A stretch of DNA of 64,000 nt from Laetmonice hystrix (Eukaryota): positions 28,212,001 through 28,276,000 of the forward strand of contig OZ249436.1 in NCBI GenBank assembly GCA_965235115.1. Direction: 5' to 3'. The notes under the pieces are model-generated. The model was not told the DNA's origin, did no database searches, and worked only from the letters and a program-made list of their open reading frames with translations. The number at the start of each line of letters is the position of its first letter. The stretch's first letter is position 1. Below are positions 25,603 to 38,100 of this stretch, piece by piece. The position numbers and the translations under genes were made by a program.

Positions 25603-28600
25603 AACTCTATAGCCTGGCCTACAAGTCCGCTTAAATTATAGAGGCCAGCATAGCGCGCAGCACCCAAATCCCGGCTAGGTGTAAGATATATATCCATGCA
25701 GCCACGCACTTATGCAAGTTATGGCAACCATCCCAGTTTTGCTTGTAGCAGAGTGTATCTAAACATCTCTGCTGCATCTACATTAGATATCACAGAGCGG
25801 GTTCATATTTCCGATATGTTTTTTTAAAACTAATCCACCGGCCACTCGAATTATTCTACTCTGGCATGACAAACTACGAGATCAAGACTTGTATCAATGT
25901 AAAATACCGTCCTGGAAACTAGAGTGCCAGAAACATTTGGCAAGCGGTCACGCAGTAACTACGCTATCCCTTTAAAGGTGTAGCTGATAGGCCGCCCTAA
26001 GGCTAGCGGCCGAATGTGAAGCAATTTCAGGGTCTGACACGTTAATTCTTTATCTATAGCCGTGGTGTAGTGGACACCTGCCGTCCTGCTGTTTTTGCAT
26101 GGCCAAAACTAATTGAGTTCCAGTTCAACCCCTCCAGGGTCACGCCAGCTTGTTTAACCTTGGACATGATGCCTATAGCAACCATTGCCTGAATGACAGA
26201 CCAGCTGTGGCAACAAGCCACGCCCCTTAGATACAGCCATGTGGTAACCACAATGTAGAATTTATCATCAGGTACAATATAATCAAGAAAATCCTTGTTT
26301 ACACTGTAGGAACTTGACTTATACGGCACGGTATCTTTCAGGTCTGACTTTTATACTTTTAAGGCATATATTACGCCTTTCTGAATTTCTCATTGCATTC
26401 TTTGAGAGATAAATATCAAAAATGCTCATCAGTGAGACGCCTCTAGAGAAAAAAAAGTACTAATCCTAATTTAGCCATCATCTATCTTCATAAATCTATG
26501 ATTTCTGCACGTCATAAATATTGATGATTCATCGGTACGTATTATTTCAAAGTGACACCTACGTACTTTTTTACGGAAACCCCACCCATACAGATCACGT
26601 ACGATTTAGAATGTAATGTAAAAAAAGGCAAGTCAGACATCAAAACGGCGCCCAGTAACTCGCCTCGCGCCGCCATTCGATGATGCCCGTCCACCAAATG
26701 TTGTTCACATGTTCGTAAAGACCGCGAACCCGCAAACCTTCTGGTCGCCGTGGTGGGGGCAATTTCACACTGATGCATTGTGGGAGGCTGTGATCTTCCA
26801 GGTGTAGAGGATAGAAGGAGATGCCATATTGGATTTGACATTCCTGTACCAGGATGCGGCCTGGGTTTTTCAAAGTCTCCGCTCCTCCTCTATCTGTTTT
26901 AGGTAACCGTGATTACCTCCGTCAGCCTCCCCGACGTCATCCTAACCCGAGTTGATTTCAGGTCACTCAGCATTATTCTCATCTATATTGGGTTGTTCAG
27001 TTGTTTACATTAGGTTTCGTATCCACTTCTTTTTAAAACTGAATTTTATTTACAAGGACTTGGGTGAAAACAATTAAACCAACGATGTGTAAAAAATGAC
27101 TTTATTAGAGGGGGAAACATTTACTATGGGATATGATGTTGAAATACGCTACTACAATGTACTATACTGCACCCCCTAATAGACTCATTCTGATTGGATA
27201 ATTTTAGCTCGTTTCGGGTTTCAAGCAATGTTTCTCGTATTTTGAAAGGGTGGGGCTGTTCTTTTTTCCTCCTAGCCATAAGCTCTTTCCTTGTAAAACA
27301 AACTGACAAATAAATCATGACCTTACACAAGAAGGGCAGGGCACGGGGTATATCTGCACTCTCTCGTAACACGACGAAGTGATGAGCTTCATCTAACAAC
27401 GTGACATGCTACTTCCCACCCAACCTAGAAAATAACATGTTAAAAGAAAGAAATAGTTTATATACAGAAAGACTATAGTAAGTTCTAACTTTCTGCTCGT
27501 CCACTACACTGAATCCACAGACGTTGTTTGTTGATAGGGCTGAGGTATATTCTCAAGTATATGAACTGCTATTTCAACGATATTTGGGCTAATTTAGCTT
27601 CTACCTGCTCCGGGTGTAAATCTCTGAGACTTGTGTAATAGTCATATAAAGATATTAGCACCTCACTGCATGGGATAACTGATAACGTATCTCTAAAGAT
27701 AACCTAAGTTTTCAAGGTACCGTATTACACTGTATGTGAAGACAGACACAAAACATAGGTAATCATAGAGGGGTGCTCTGAAATAGTGTCTTTCCGAACA
27801 TTTTGAAAGTGAACTGCATGGGTTATGCCTCATGCCCTGCAAAGTCGGCATAGAGCCTTCTACCCCCCCCCCCCTAAAAAAATCACCAATACATGTATAC
27901 TTTATGTAGATAGGTTATACAAGTACCAACATGAAAGTTACTCGTATAGTTTCACCTGTGTACAACATGTATTATGTCCCGTGTATTATGTCATGTGTAT
28001 TATGTCCAGAATCCACTGTCGTGCCCACCTCAGCTGTAAGGTTTCTTGCAGAATTCCGCACATTTCTCTATGACATATTACCATTTATATCAATGAAAAC
28101 TTACTTAACCTCCTTTACTTCAGAGGGATGAGCTTGCTCCCAATGATTACCCTAGCTAACACTCCCTCGCCTAGCACCTCGGTAGTGTGGGTTAGAAAAG
28201 GCTTGATCAGAAAATGATACGATTACTTAAATACATTCTACATGTATATCCTTGTGATTAAGGTGTTTAATAAATGTTTCGAGAGTTGCGACGCTAAAAT
28301 ATACCTTGCTGCCCACAACCCACGTTTTGTATATAAAATATCAACCCAGAAGCGGCCATGACAAAAACACATACGTACAGCATCTATTGTCCGTCCCTTG
28401 ATTTGGCAGTTATCTCGGACGTATACGTATGTACAGATGTCGGCAGCAGGACCCTAACTGGGCCTATCTGTCAATACCTGTATGTAGACATCCCTCCTAT
28501 CTGGATCCAATCTACCTGTGCCTACCTCATCAGTAGTTTAAGGATGATGTATATGACCATCAATTACTTGTTCGCCTTCAGCACACCAGATAAAACCCGT

Positions 28601-30671
28601 GTTCGCGCCACCCATTCGTCCTAAACAATGTTGCCGACGATAAGATAAGACCGAGGCCGTGTCTAACTCACTGCCCGGCCTTGCACCGTCTCAACTCCGG
28701 TCCGTGCGCCCCTAACTGCTCCCAGATTACCTGCTAATGGCCCGGTGAAACTTCACCATTACCACACACTTCGCTTTGCTACAGAAATCCGGCTGACTTG
28801 CCAAACGTTACGCCTTTCTGATCCCTGTCAACCACATTTCCACGCTTCGTTTTTTTTTCTCTCTCTCTCTCTCTTTCAGAGAAAGCGTGGCTTCTATTTT
28901 GAAGTGATTCCACTCCATTCGTGCGTTTGGTAACGGAGAACGTTCGCTGTGTGGAGATGACGGTATACAGCGTCAATTCGCTGATTAAGTTTCTACAGGT
29001 GGGGAAGACGTCTCAGCACTGGAGTCAACACACCTGTTGTTGTGTATGCCACCTGTGCGGGTTGGCCCGCCTTCCTTCCCTCTGACCACCATACCCTGGC
29101 ACCAGCATCCAACGCCCCAGGGTTTCCCTGCCCTTTCACATCCACCCAAGCAGCCACAAAATCCACCAGAGCTCCACCATGTGGATGCCTTGTAAAAGCC
29201 TCCTCATCCAATACTCAGTACCTACTCAGTTACAGTAAGAATGGAATTTGGTTTAAAAGACGGGACGATTCATGCGACATCTATTAAAGTATATTAAAAT
29301 ATTCAAACACAAGCTCCACAAGTGTTTCGTATAACGAGCAGCGTTACGTTGTGAAACAACGCTTCAATATTTGCCCTTACGGAACTTATACTAAAATACG
29401 TGTCGGCGGATGTAGGATTCAGACAAACCAAGGCTGAGGAAACTGACCCTTCTGTCAACTTTAGTTTAGTTTAGATGATCCGACTTAAACGCTTAGTTTA
29501 GTTTAGATGATCCGACTTAAACGCTATAGGCCTATATAGCTGCAGAAATCATACTGCTGCCCGTGAAGGTATACCGGTAGGGACACCACTTTTCAGAAAA
29601 TCACCAGGTTTCCGACTGTTGATCATAGGTAGGCTAATACACATGTTAGAGTATCTGATAAGCTACATGGAAGGCGTAATAAACCGTTATGTACTAATTC
29701 GTGACTTGAATGTGTGTGTCCTATTATCTCCTCGCCCATTTGTAATCCCGTCTATACTCTTCATGTCTTCATTTAAAATAAATACTAGATACGATTGAGG
29801 AATATCATTCCCCTCGTATGATTACCGTTACATCTTATTGCAAACCCGATACATCTAGCTTTAAAATTAAACACCCCTCCGCATTATTATTAATAATGTC
29901 AGAAAAAGTGACACAAAAATCTTCACTGCATGGAAATCCCATCCTCCATAATTTATCGCAGGATTTTTACCACTACAGATGCCATAATATCTCTGATTTA
30001 TTTATGTATTTGACACATCTGTAGATTATCTTTTTTATAATTTGTGCAATACTAATACTAATAGATCTTAATACCGAACTGCCGAGGCACTCATGAAGCC
30101 TATCATGACCTTAGTGATGTCATAACATCTAATATAAAAGGAAAATCTTATATTGGTTACCGTTTTGTTGTCGGCTGATCTTAATCAATAGTGTTTGAAT
30201 GTCGCCAGTTTAAAAACAAAATCAACATCGACGTCTCTCTTGGGAAAGTCATTATGGTCTTGATAGATAGTTCATAAATAATTCACACAACAAAAGATCT
30301 TCTCCTTTACACTGCTTGAAAGGTTTTCACAAATGTTTCTGACCCTTGAGACATTGTGCTGCAGCATTCTCCAGATAATATCTCTAGCTGCAGGAAATTA
30401 AAGCCGCTCTTGAGCTTCGAATCCACTGTCTAAAATCACGTTTCTATTGCAAGGATCATTACCTTGCGGTTTCTACATTAAGATTATAGTGAAGACCATC
30501 GGAGCGTATTCAAGTATGAAGCTGCCTGGCATCTCTTTGGGAAATAACGCCAATATGTGCGGGCAACTTGTTTTCTTCATATTGAAGTTGGAGTAATTGC
30601 GGGAAAATAATAGCGGTTGAAAGCTATAGTAGGGTGGCGAGGAAGGATCATACGAATCTTTGCCCCACTCT

Positions 30672-30741
30672 CTGGCCCTGTCCCCTCCTTGGCCCTGCCC
30701 CCTCCCTGGCCCTGCCCCCTCCCTGGCCCTGCCCCCTCCCC
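30672..30741. repeat. 17-bp GC-rich repeat x 4 (G-quadruplex-capable on the minus strand)
   Basis: TGGCCCTGCCCCCTCCC units. Confidence 0.9.
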
Positions 30742-33700
30742 ACCCCAACCAGCATCAAGGCCTCCAACGAAAGCAACCACTGGTCGCGACAACCTGAGCC
30801 CGGCCACTCGGGCAGCCCTGAACGGTTTCAGGTCGAACTCTGAGCTCCTCCAATCAAACCAGAAGACTACCACCATCCCCTCCCCTCCCAACTGTGCTGG
30901 GTTCATTCACAATGGGTGAATGGATGGTTCTTTGAAGTTAGAGGTCAAATACCACATGGCCTCGGTGTTGTCCAATCCATAAATATCAATGCAGGAGGGT
31001 TTTTTTTACTGCCCCGGAGAAAAGTGATGTTATTCCGTAACAGCACCGTAACACTTCCTCGGTATATTCTAAAAAAAATAGGATGACAAAAGAAAACCTC
31101 TAGGAATGAGCCTGCCGGGTTCGTGAGCCAAGAGTCCCGCAAAAACTGGGACTCTACAAACTCCACATCTGCTGTGCTGACTGTTCCTGTCTGAAAGATC
31201 AGAGTGGGCCAGTGTTGGCACGGATGGTTGGCTTGGCCCGACCCTACTGAAAGCCCCGCTGACCCCTGTCAGGTCACATTTGGGAGTCCAGGATCGGGAG
31301 TGAGGAAAAGGCTGCTCAAAATGCTACTTTGATATAATCATACGTTTCTAGTTTCTGCCCCACCACGCCTGCATGGCAGCGGGGGTGTTGATCTATTTCT
31401 TCCCGGGGTACTTCACGGTCGGGGCCTGAGATTGTTAAGGGCGGAAAAAATCGGAGCAACTTCTTTCAAGCGATTATGTAAAATTCCTTTCGGTTTGTAA
31501 TTGTGGTCGGGTTACAACCGACCGCAGGTCGAAGTCGAGTTTCCTAGATAGATCCATGCAGCCGTACATTTTTCTTGACCTGTTGACCTGAGACTTTACG
31601 GTAATCACTCAACTTGCCCCACCCCTCCATGCTCCACCCAGCTCCAGCTGTTCCACAGCCATTGACTGATGCGGCCCGTATTTTTAGCTAAAAGGATAAG
31701 CGCTGAGATTTAGGGACACTCAAATCCATAACCTCAACGTTCTTACATGTATGTGTTGCCTTGACGCTGTTGGTCCATTTCTTTGATGTGATCTTCAAAA
31801 GACTGCCCAATTCCTATCTGAAGGGACCAGAGTTACCTCCCAGCAGATCTTTATCAAAAGTCATGAGGAGAGTGTCCAAGATTCTTATCAATACTTGTAC
31901 ATGAAACTACACACATATTCCTGATATCTAAATTTGATCGCACTGATCTGATTTGGTTTGGCGAACACTGTATAATCCAACTCAGAGTGACAGTTATAGA
32001 GCGGCCAAGTCTTCTTGCCAAATTAACCCTTTCATTCAGTGCAGGATCGAATAGCACCAACAGGGCCTAACCTATGAATCCTTGGGTCATGTACATAGAG
32101 CTTCATGTGCTCTCCAGTTCTCTAGTTCAAAGCCGCACCGATAAGCAATAATAACGGCTTATCTCAAACATACAAGACCCACCACACGGATTACAAGAAG
32201 TGTTAGGCCTACTCCTTTAAAAAAACAGAGTCATGGTGGATTCCTCCGAACCCATTTATTAGTAGAGATTTTTCCTGGAAAACACTCATGCGCACTGCCA
32301 GGAAATCGGGCCTGGCACTGAAGCAAGCAGCAATTCACATCAATTTCTGAACTCACCCACCATACTTCACGGTGTCACTAGTTGACACTGAAACCAGGAA
32401 GGGAGCACTGAGAGATGCTCTGCACTCCCGCCAGGGGGCATGCCGTTTTGTGGCGAGGGAGTCACCCTAACGGCGCTTCCGTCTTAGTCTAGTCTGAAGA
32501 AATTATCATTACATTATGGTGAGTCTCAAAAAAATGGTGGAAATAGGTGCAAAGTAAAACCTCTGGTGTAGGCCTATACTGTCGTCCTAGTTCAGCATCA
32601 AACAGGGGCCACGATTACCTGTACTTACGATAAAGCTCGCTGACATGGACCTTCCCTGTATTATTTCTAGTAGTCACTTTGGGGCCAAGGAATATTATGT
32701 TGTTACTTATCAAGTATGTAGCAGAATGTTTTATGACTCAGAAACTCTGTTCACTGCTGTTTAATTAGTAAACCACAAACGGGCTACACCTTTTCTTTTT
32801 TTCTGAGGCAATCGTTCACGTTTACAGTCAGTACGCTGTGAAAACTTAACAATCATGGCTCGGATAATAGGTGATAGCGGAATTATTTCTGGTTTTATGG
32901 GGGGGGGGGGGTGGCATTTGGTACTTTTCAATATTCAATATTGTTCACCATGTGTCCATTAAAGTCGATACACTATATAGGGTCCTCATGTAGCACGTTA
33001 CAGGTACGTGTTCGATAACCTCCTACAAAAAGGGTTTAACAACCCGACTTAAAAGTATCCGTTTGTACTACTTCCTTAAATGCCCTTTCTAGACCCGTTC
33101 TTGATATCGATTCATATATAGGACTAATAATAAAAGCGTTCTACCGTGTAAGCGAGCCATCCTGATACAATCAAAGGTGCTGTTGGCGAACACATACATC
33201 GAAAGAAAGCACACTATAAAAATACATACAGAAAACTATCAAAAAAAAGGACGACCAATGGCGCAACCATTGTCAGAACCACGGGGCGTTGAAAAACACC
33301 GGCTTAATGCCCACATAATGTTTCTGTCGACCATCAGGTCATGCGTGATCTGTAATCCTAATCATGTTTTGTTTGTTGTAATACATGAACTACGCCAGAA
33401 TCGATAGGCAGGTTCGTCGGGTGGGGTGGGGAGGTGATCCAGCGTCGTCACAACAAAGACTCTGCAAGGCATTCACCTATGGCTTATCATCAACCCCCTT
33501 TCAACATGTAGGCACTACATCCTACCATCTAAGACTTCCCGAGGACAACCCCCTCCCCCGCATCCCCCTCTCGCGAACAAACACCTAATATGAAAAGTAA
33601 CAAGTAACACCTCCCCATGTTCGCTCGCCTGGCAGCAAATTTTCACCGAGCAAATTGGTGCCAGTGTACATGCGAAGGGTTCCGTAACTGAAGACAGCTG

Positions 33701-34987
33701 GGGCTTGTAGTTGGTTCTGACAGCGCCACCCTGGTGGCCACCAGCGGTACTACTGTAGCTGGGCACGCTAAACGCACTGACTGACATGCCGACAAGGTAC
33801 GGCACTGCTCGCGGCCGCCGAATTCCTTTTCTACCCAGTCAGCATCACTATTCTGTATGCGAGGGTACGCATTAAAAAAATCTCTATGATAGCGAGCGGA
33901 AATAACATTTAGGCCGACACAAATATGGACGAAGTCCTACATCAAGTAGGACTTCCTGTAGACCTCTAGACGTAGATGCCTTTTCAAAATCCCTGATAGA
34001 TGCACATTTTTACGCGATACCATTGTGTTGCTTGTTTTACGGGGTGAATTTTTGTTGTTTTTTATATCTTTTCAAGAGAATGTCATCTTTACAGGCCATG
34101 GGGCTTCCAGTCCTGCTGGATTCTTTTCATGCATCCATAGGCATACTCAAAAATGCAATAAAACTGTCTACATTTCCAACAGTGACAACGTTAACATATT
34201 TCTGTGTCCATTTTATGACGACAACAACATAGTACAGACTTTATGTTCTCTTCTTAAATAGACCATAAGAAATACTAGCACGAGTGGGTTGTCTCATCGT
34301 GGTTACCAAACCGGTGCTGCCACCTGGTGTTACACGGGTGCGTTTCACTAAGCCCAAAAGACGTCTTTGAAATGCATGGTGGCTGAGCCAAAGAGGTCTT
34401 TGTGGGGACGGGTGTTTTACTAACCATCCATTCTTTAACATTGTCTTTTCAAAGACGTCTTTTCTAAAGACGTCTTTCGTTAGTGATAATTATTAACGCA
34501 CCCCAGAAGATTTTCCTTTAAGCCTACAGGTGCCTCAGTGATCACTCTCTGGGCAGGGGCATTACCAGACAGCTTAAGTGTAGTACACTCTGGCATTAAG
34601 ATGTTTGGCCGTATATTTAAATACAGAACTATTTGCAGCAGAAATGACCAATGTAATGTGTAGACCTAATAAGCCTTTTACATCATCGCATGCTGTGTCT
34701 AGACCTACTGCAGGTCGCAGGTCGCACGCAGGTCGCTCCCTGAAACGCAATCCATGATTCCAATCGGCCTAGGCCTGGGCCTGCCTGATAGGTTAAATTT
34801 CATTACTAACACTGGGATGGTTCAGTAATTACGACACGGTCGGCCTAACTCATCTTCATCTCCACACACTTTCCCCTTGAAATGCGTAGACCTCACAATA
34901 AAACAAAATGCTTTCCAAGGCATTCTCCCACTGAAACCCCTAGCGTACACCAATGGAAGCGTAGCGCGCCACCTAGTGAGTACTCAC

Positions 34988-35125
34988 CACGTAATCCGGA
35001 GGCGTCTTGCCGGAGCCGCGGGCAGTTTCCGCCAGAGTGCGCCATTCAACCATCACCTGTCCAACAAGTCCCCGAGCCCTGACGACCAGCAGGTGGACCA
35101 TTCCGTCCTCCTCTCTCACCGGGAT
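34988..35125 (-). CDS. ADGRV1: ADGRV1-like exon 27 (last one recognised)
   Basis: IPVREEDGMVHLLVVRARGLVGQVMVEWRTLAETARGSGKTPPDYV; CCAG acceptor, GTGAGT donor; first half of a Calx-beta domain; not in the ORF track. Confidence 0.88.
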
Positions 35126-38100
35126 CTGGTGGATAACGAAAGGCAATCAGTTATAGTGAAGAGTCAACAACTTGTGTCACTGCAGTCACTCAAACAACAG
35201 AGGTAGATCCTCTAGACGCTCTTAATACAAGCTTGAATGTCTGGCCGAGACAATTTATCATTTATCATATTACTAGATTACTTTATTTTAGTGCATTAAA
35301 GATATTAAAGGGAAATGTGAGTGTTCGACGGAATTTGATTGACCACTAGAATTTTGAAAATATTTTTTATGGGGGATAGCCTTTGTCCATAGGAGTACAA
35401 AGAAACAAAAAAAATCATATGTCACCGAATTAGATTTTTTTATACAGGCCTCCGTAAAAAATGGGTCTTTACTATAGGTTTCAATGGGAAAAACATGATT
35501 TTTCAGACATTTTGACTAATAGTTAAAAAATGACCACCAATTTTTTCCTAAAACTCGGTGACAAGATAAAGTGGATCAGGACTGATAGTTTAAAACCAAC
35601 AAAATTGGGGGTCACCGAATTAAAAAAAAAGTTACAGCCTGCCAAACAGTCAGTGCCTTGGTAAAACACAGGTCTTAACCATAGCATTCAATGGAGTAGA
35701 CAGGTTCTGGAACACAGTTTGGTTCATGGTTTAAAAAATACTACTGATTTTCACATCAAACTAGTTGACTGCGTAAATAAGCCAAACATTTTTCTGTTAA
35801 AGCTCACTACGTGGCGCTTTGAATACTCACATTTCCCCAGTGATACCAACGCGACTCACTAGGTGGCGCTTTGAACACTCACATTTCCCTTTAATATAGC
35901 AGTTTACTTTCTGACCTCCAGAATGCCATCTTAATCATGAAACAGATGCCATGATGATGTGTGGTTTTCTGTAGATGCACGGGCAACAGACGTAACACAG
36001 TTTGGCCTACCTACTCCCTTTTGCTCTTTTTGGTTGTGGGGGGGGGCTGAAGGTTGTGGGGGATAATCCATGCCCACCGTAAGCGGGCCCTGGCGGGGGG
36101 TCTGGGGGCCCTCCCCCGGAAATTTATTTTCAGGAATGCCAGAGACGCGCTTTCTGAGCATCTCGGAGCTCGGGTGGTCGAGCAGAACAATATGGACTCT
36201 CCCCCTTTGGTGATCGAGCAGGACAATGGACCCTCCCCCTTTGGTGATCGAGCAGGACAATGAACCCTCTCCCTTTGGTGATCGAGCAGGACAATGAACC
36301 CTCTCCCTTTGGTGGTCGAGCAGGACAATGAACCCTCTCCCTTTGGTGGTCGAGCAGGACAATGGACCCTCCCCATTTTACATTATGAAACAGATGCCAT
36401 GATGCTGTATATGCCCTATAGAATAATCCACATGGGCCTTAACCATACAGTTTATAATGCAGTCTCTATGATAATATCCTATTCACTCTATCCACTGAAA
36501 GCATGCAGTGCAATAATCATACTGTACATGGAGGCCGAGTGACGACTATACATTATATGGTGATAATGAAATAACGAATACAGCTGTAAAAAGACTTTTG
36601 TGTGAATCTACGGGGAAGCATGCACGTGACAACAACAGTACTCAATACTACTTTCTACTACAATTGTAACTTAATTACTGTAATTAATGGCCACTTGTTC
36701 AGGCATCAAAACATTCAAACTACTGTAGTAAGTTCTAACATGCAGCGTTGAACAAATCATTTCATGTTTCATGACAACCCTGATTGACATGCATGTAATC
36801 AGCGAGAACTAATTGCCGGTCAAAAACACTTACTTTCATCTGATGGGTTTTTTTATGAAAAGCAATAAGTGAAAACAGTTTGTAAAACAATAATTGTCCT
36901 AAACTGATAAAATAATCTATGGTGGCCAGCAATACTGCATCGGGAGCCCGGTTTTTCAAAACGTAAGGTCCTGCCTAAACTCAACGCTTCTGATTGGCTG
37001 GTCAGGGCAGACCTGCCAATCAGAACCTTTAGCAAGAACTTAGCAGAACTTAGCATGGAAAGCCTTTTTCGGCCTACAGAAATCAAAGTTTGTAATTATT
37101 CACCAACACCTTCATCATCATCATCGCCATTGTCATCCAATCATCGCTTTTAATTTAAACGGTGGTCGACCCCCCGCCCCCTCCCCATTCGATACCCATT
37201 CCTCCATCTTCTTACCAACCGTAAATAGCCGCTGTAAACTTACTGATAAAACAATTAAGTGTCATGTATACAAGGACTGCCATGCTTTCAGCAATGGAAG
37301 GGCGATCGAAGAGAATCGTCAAGCCAATGTAATAAGAAGCTTATTGCAATATGCCAAAACTGCGGGGGGAAATAGAGTCAAAATAGACAGGCAGGGCAGG
37401 ATGGACAAATGGTTGGAAATTTTCGGAAATGCCAAGGGAAACCCGCCAAACTTTTTACACACCTGTGGGCGTTGGGTGGCAGGTTCTAGCAGGTCATTAC
37501 GTCCCGGGACGGGTCCGTCTGAGAACCTGAGCAGACCGTTCGGGTAATCATTGGCCTGGGTCCTGATCTGAGTACTGAAGGCGGTGGGGTCGATGCTGGC
37601 CCCGCTGGTGGCAGTACTACCCGCCTCCCCGTCTGACGACTGAGCCCCCGTCAATAACACAAGGAACACTTCCTCCACTTCCGGTTGGTCGTCATCAATC
37701 TCTTGGAATCGTAACACCTGGTCGGGAAAACAATGTGATGGTAGGTGTGTCATTTTGTCTGGTACAGAGACATTGTAGGGCCGGATAGTGTCAGTTTGTC
37801 TGGTACAGAGACATTGTAAGGCCGGATGGTAGGTGTGTCAGTTTGTCTAGTAGAGAGACATTGTAAGGCCGGATGGTAGGTGTGTCAGTTTGTCTAGTAG
37901 AGAGACATTGTAAGGCCGGATGGTAGGTGTGTCATTTTGTCTGGTACAGAGACATTGTAAGGCCGGATGGTAGGTGTGTCAGTTTGTCTAGTAGAGAGAC
38001 ATTGTAAGGCCGGATGGTAGGTGTGTCAGTTTGTCTGGTACAGAGACATTGTAAGGCCGGATGGTAGGTGTGTCAGTTTGTCTGGTACAGAGACATTGTA

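Noticed and set aside
26640..26895. Open minus-strand frame after an AACAG acceptor, as a possible terminal exon for truncated ADGRV1
   Set aside because: No Calx-beta or other recognisable similarity. The long frame needs phase 1 while exon 27 ends in phase 0, which would give only IEEERRL-stop.
35931..36376. 143-aa and 121-aa repetitive ORFs
   Set aside because: Derived from a 34-bp minisatellite and adjacent repeat-like sequence inside an intron.
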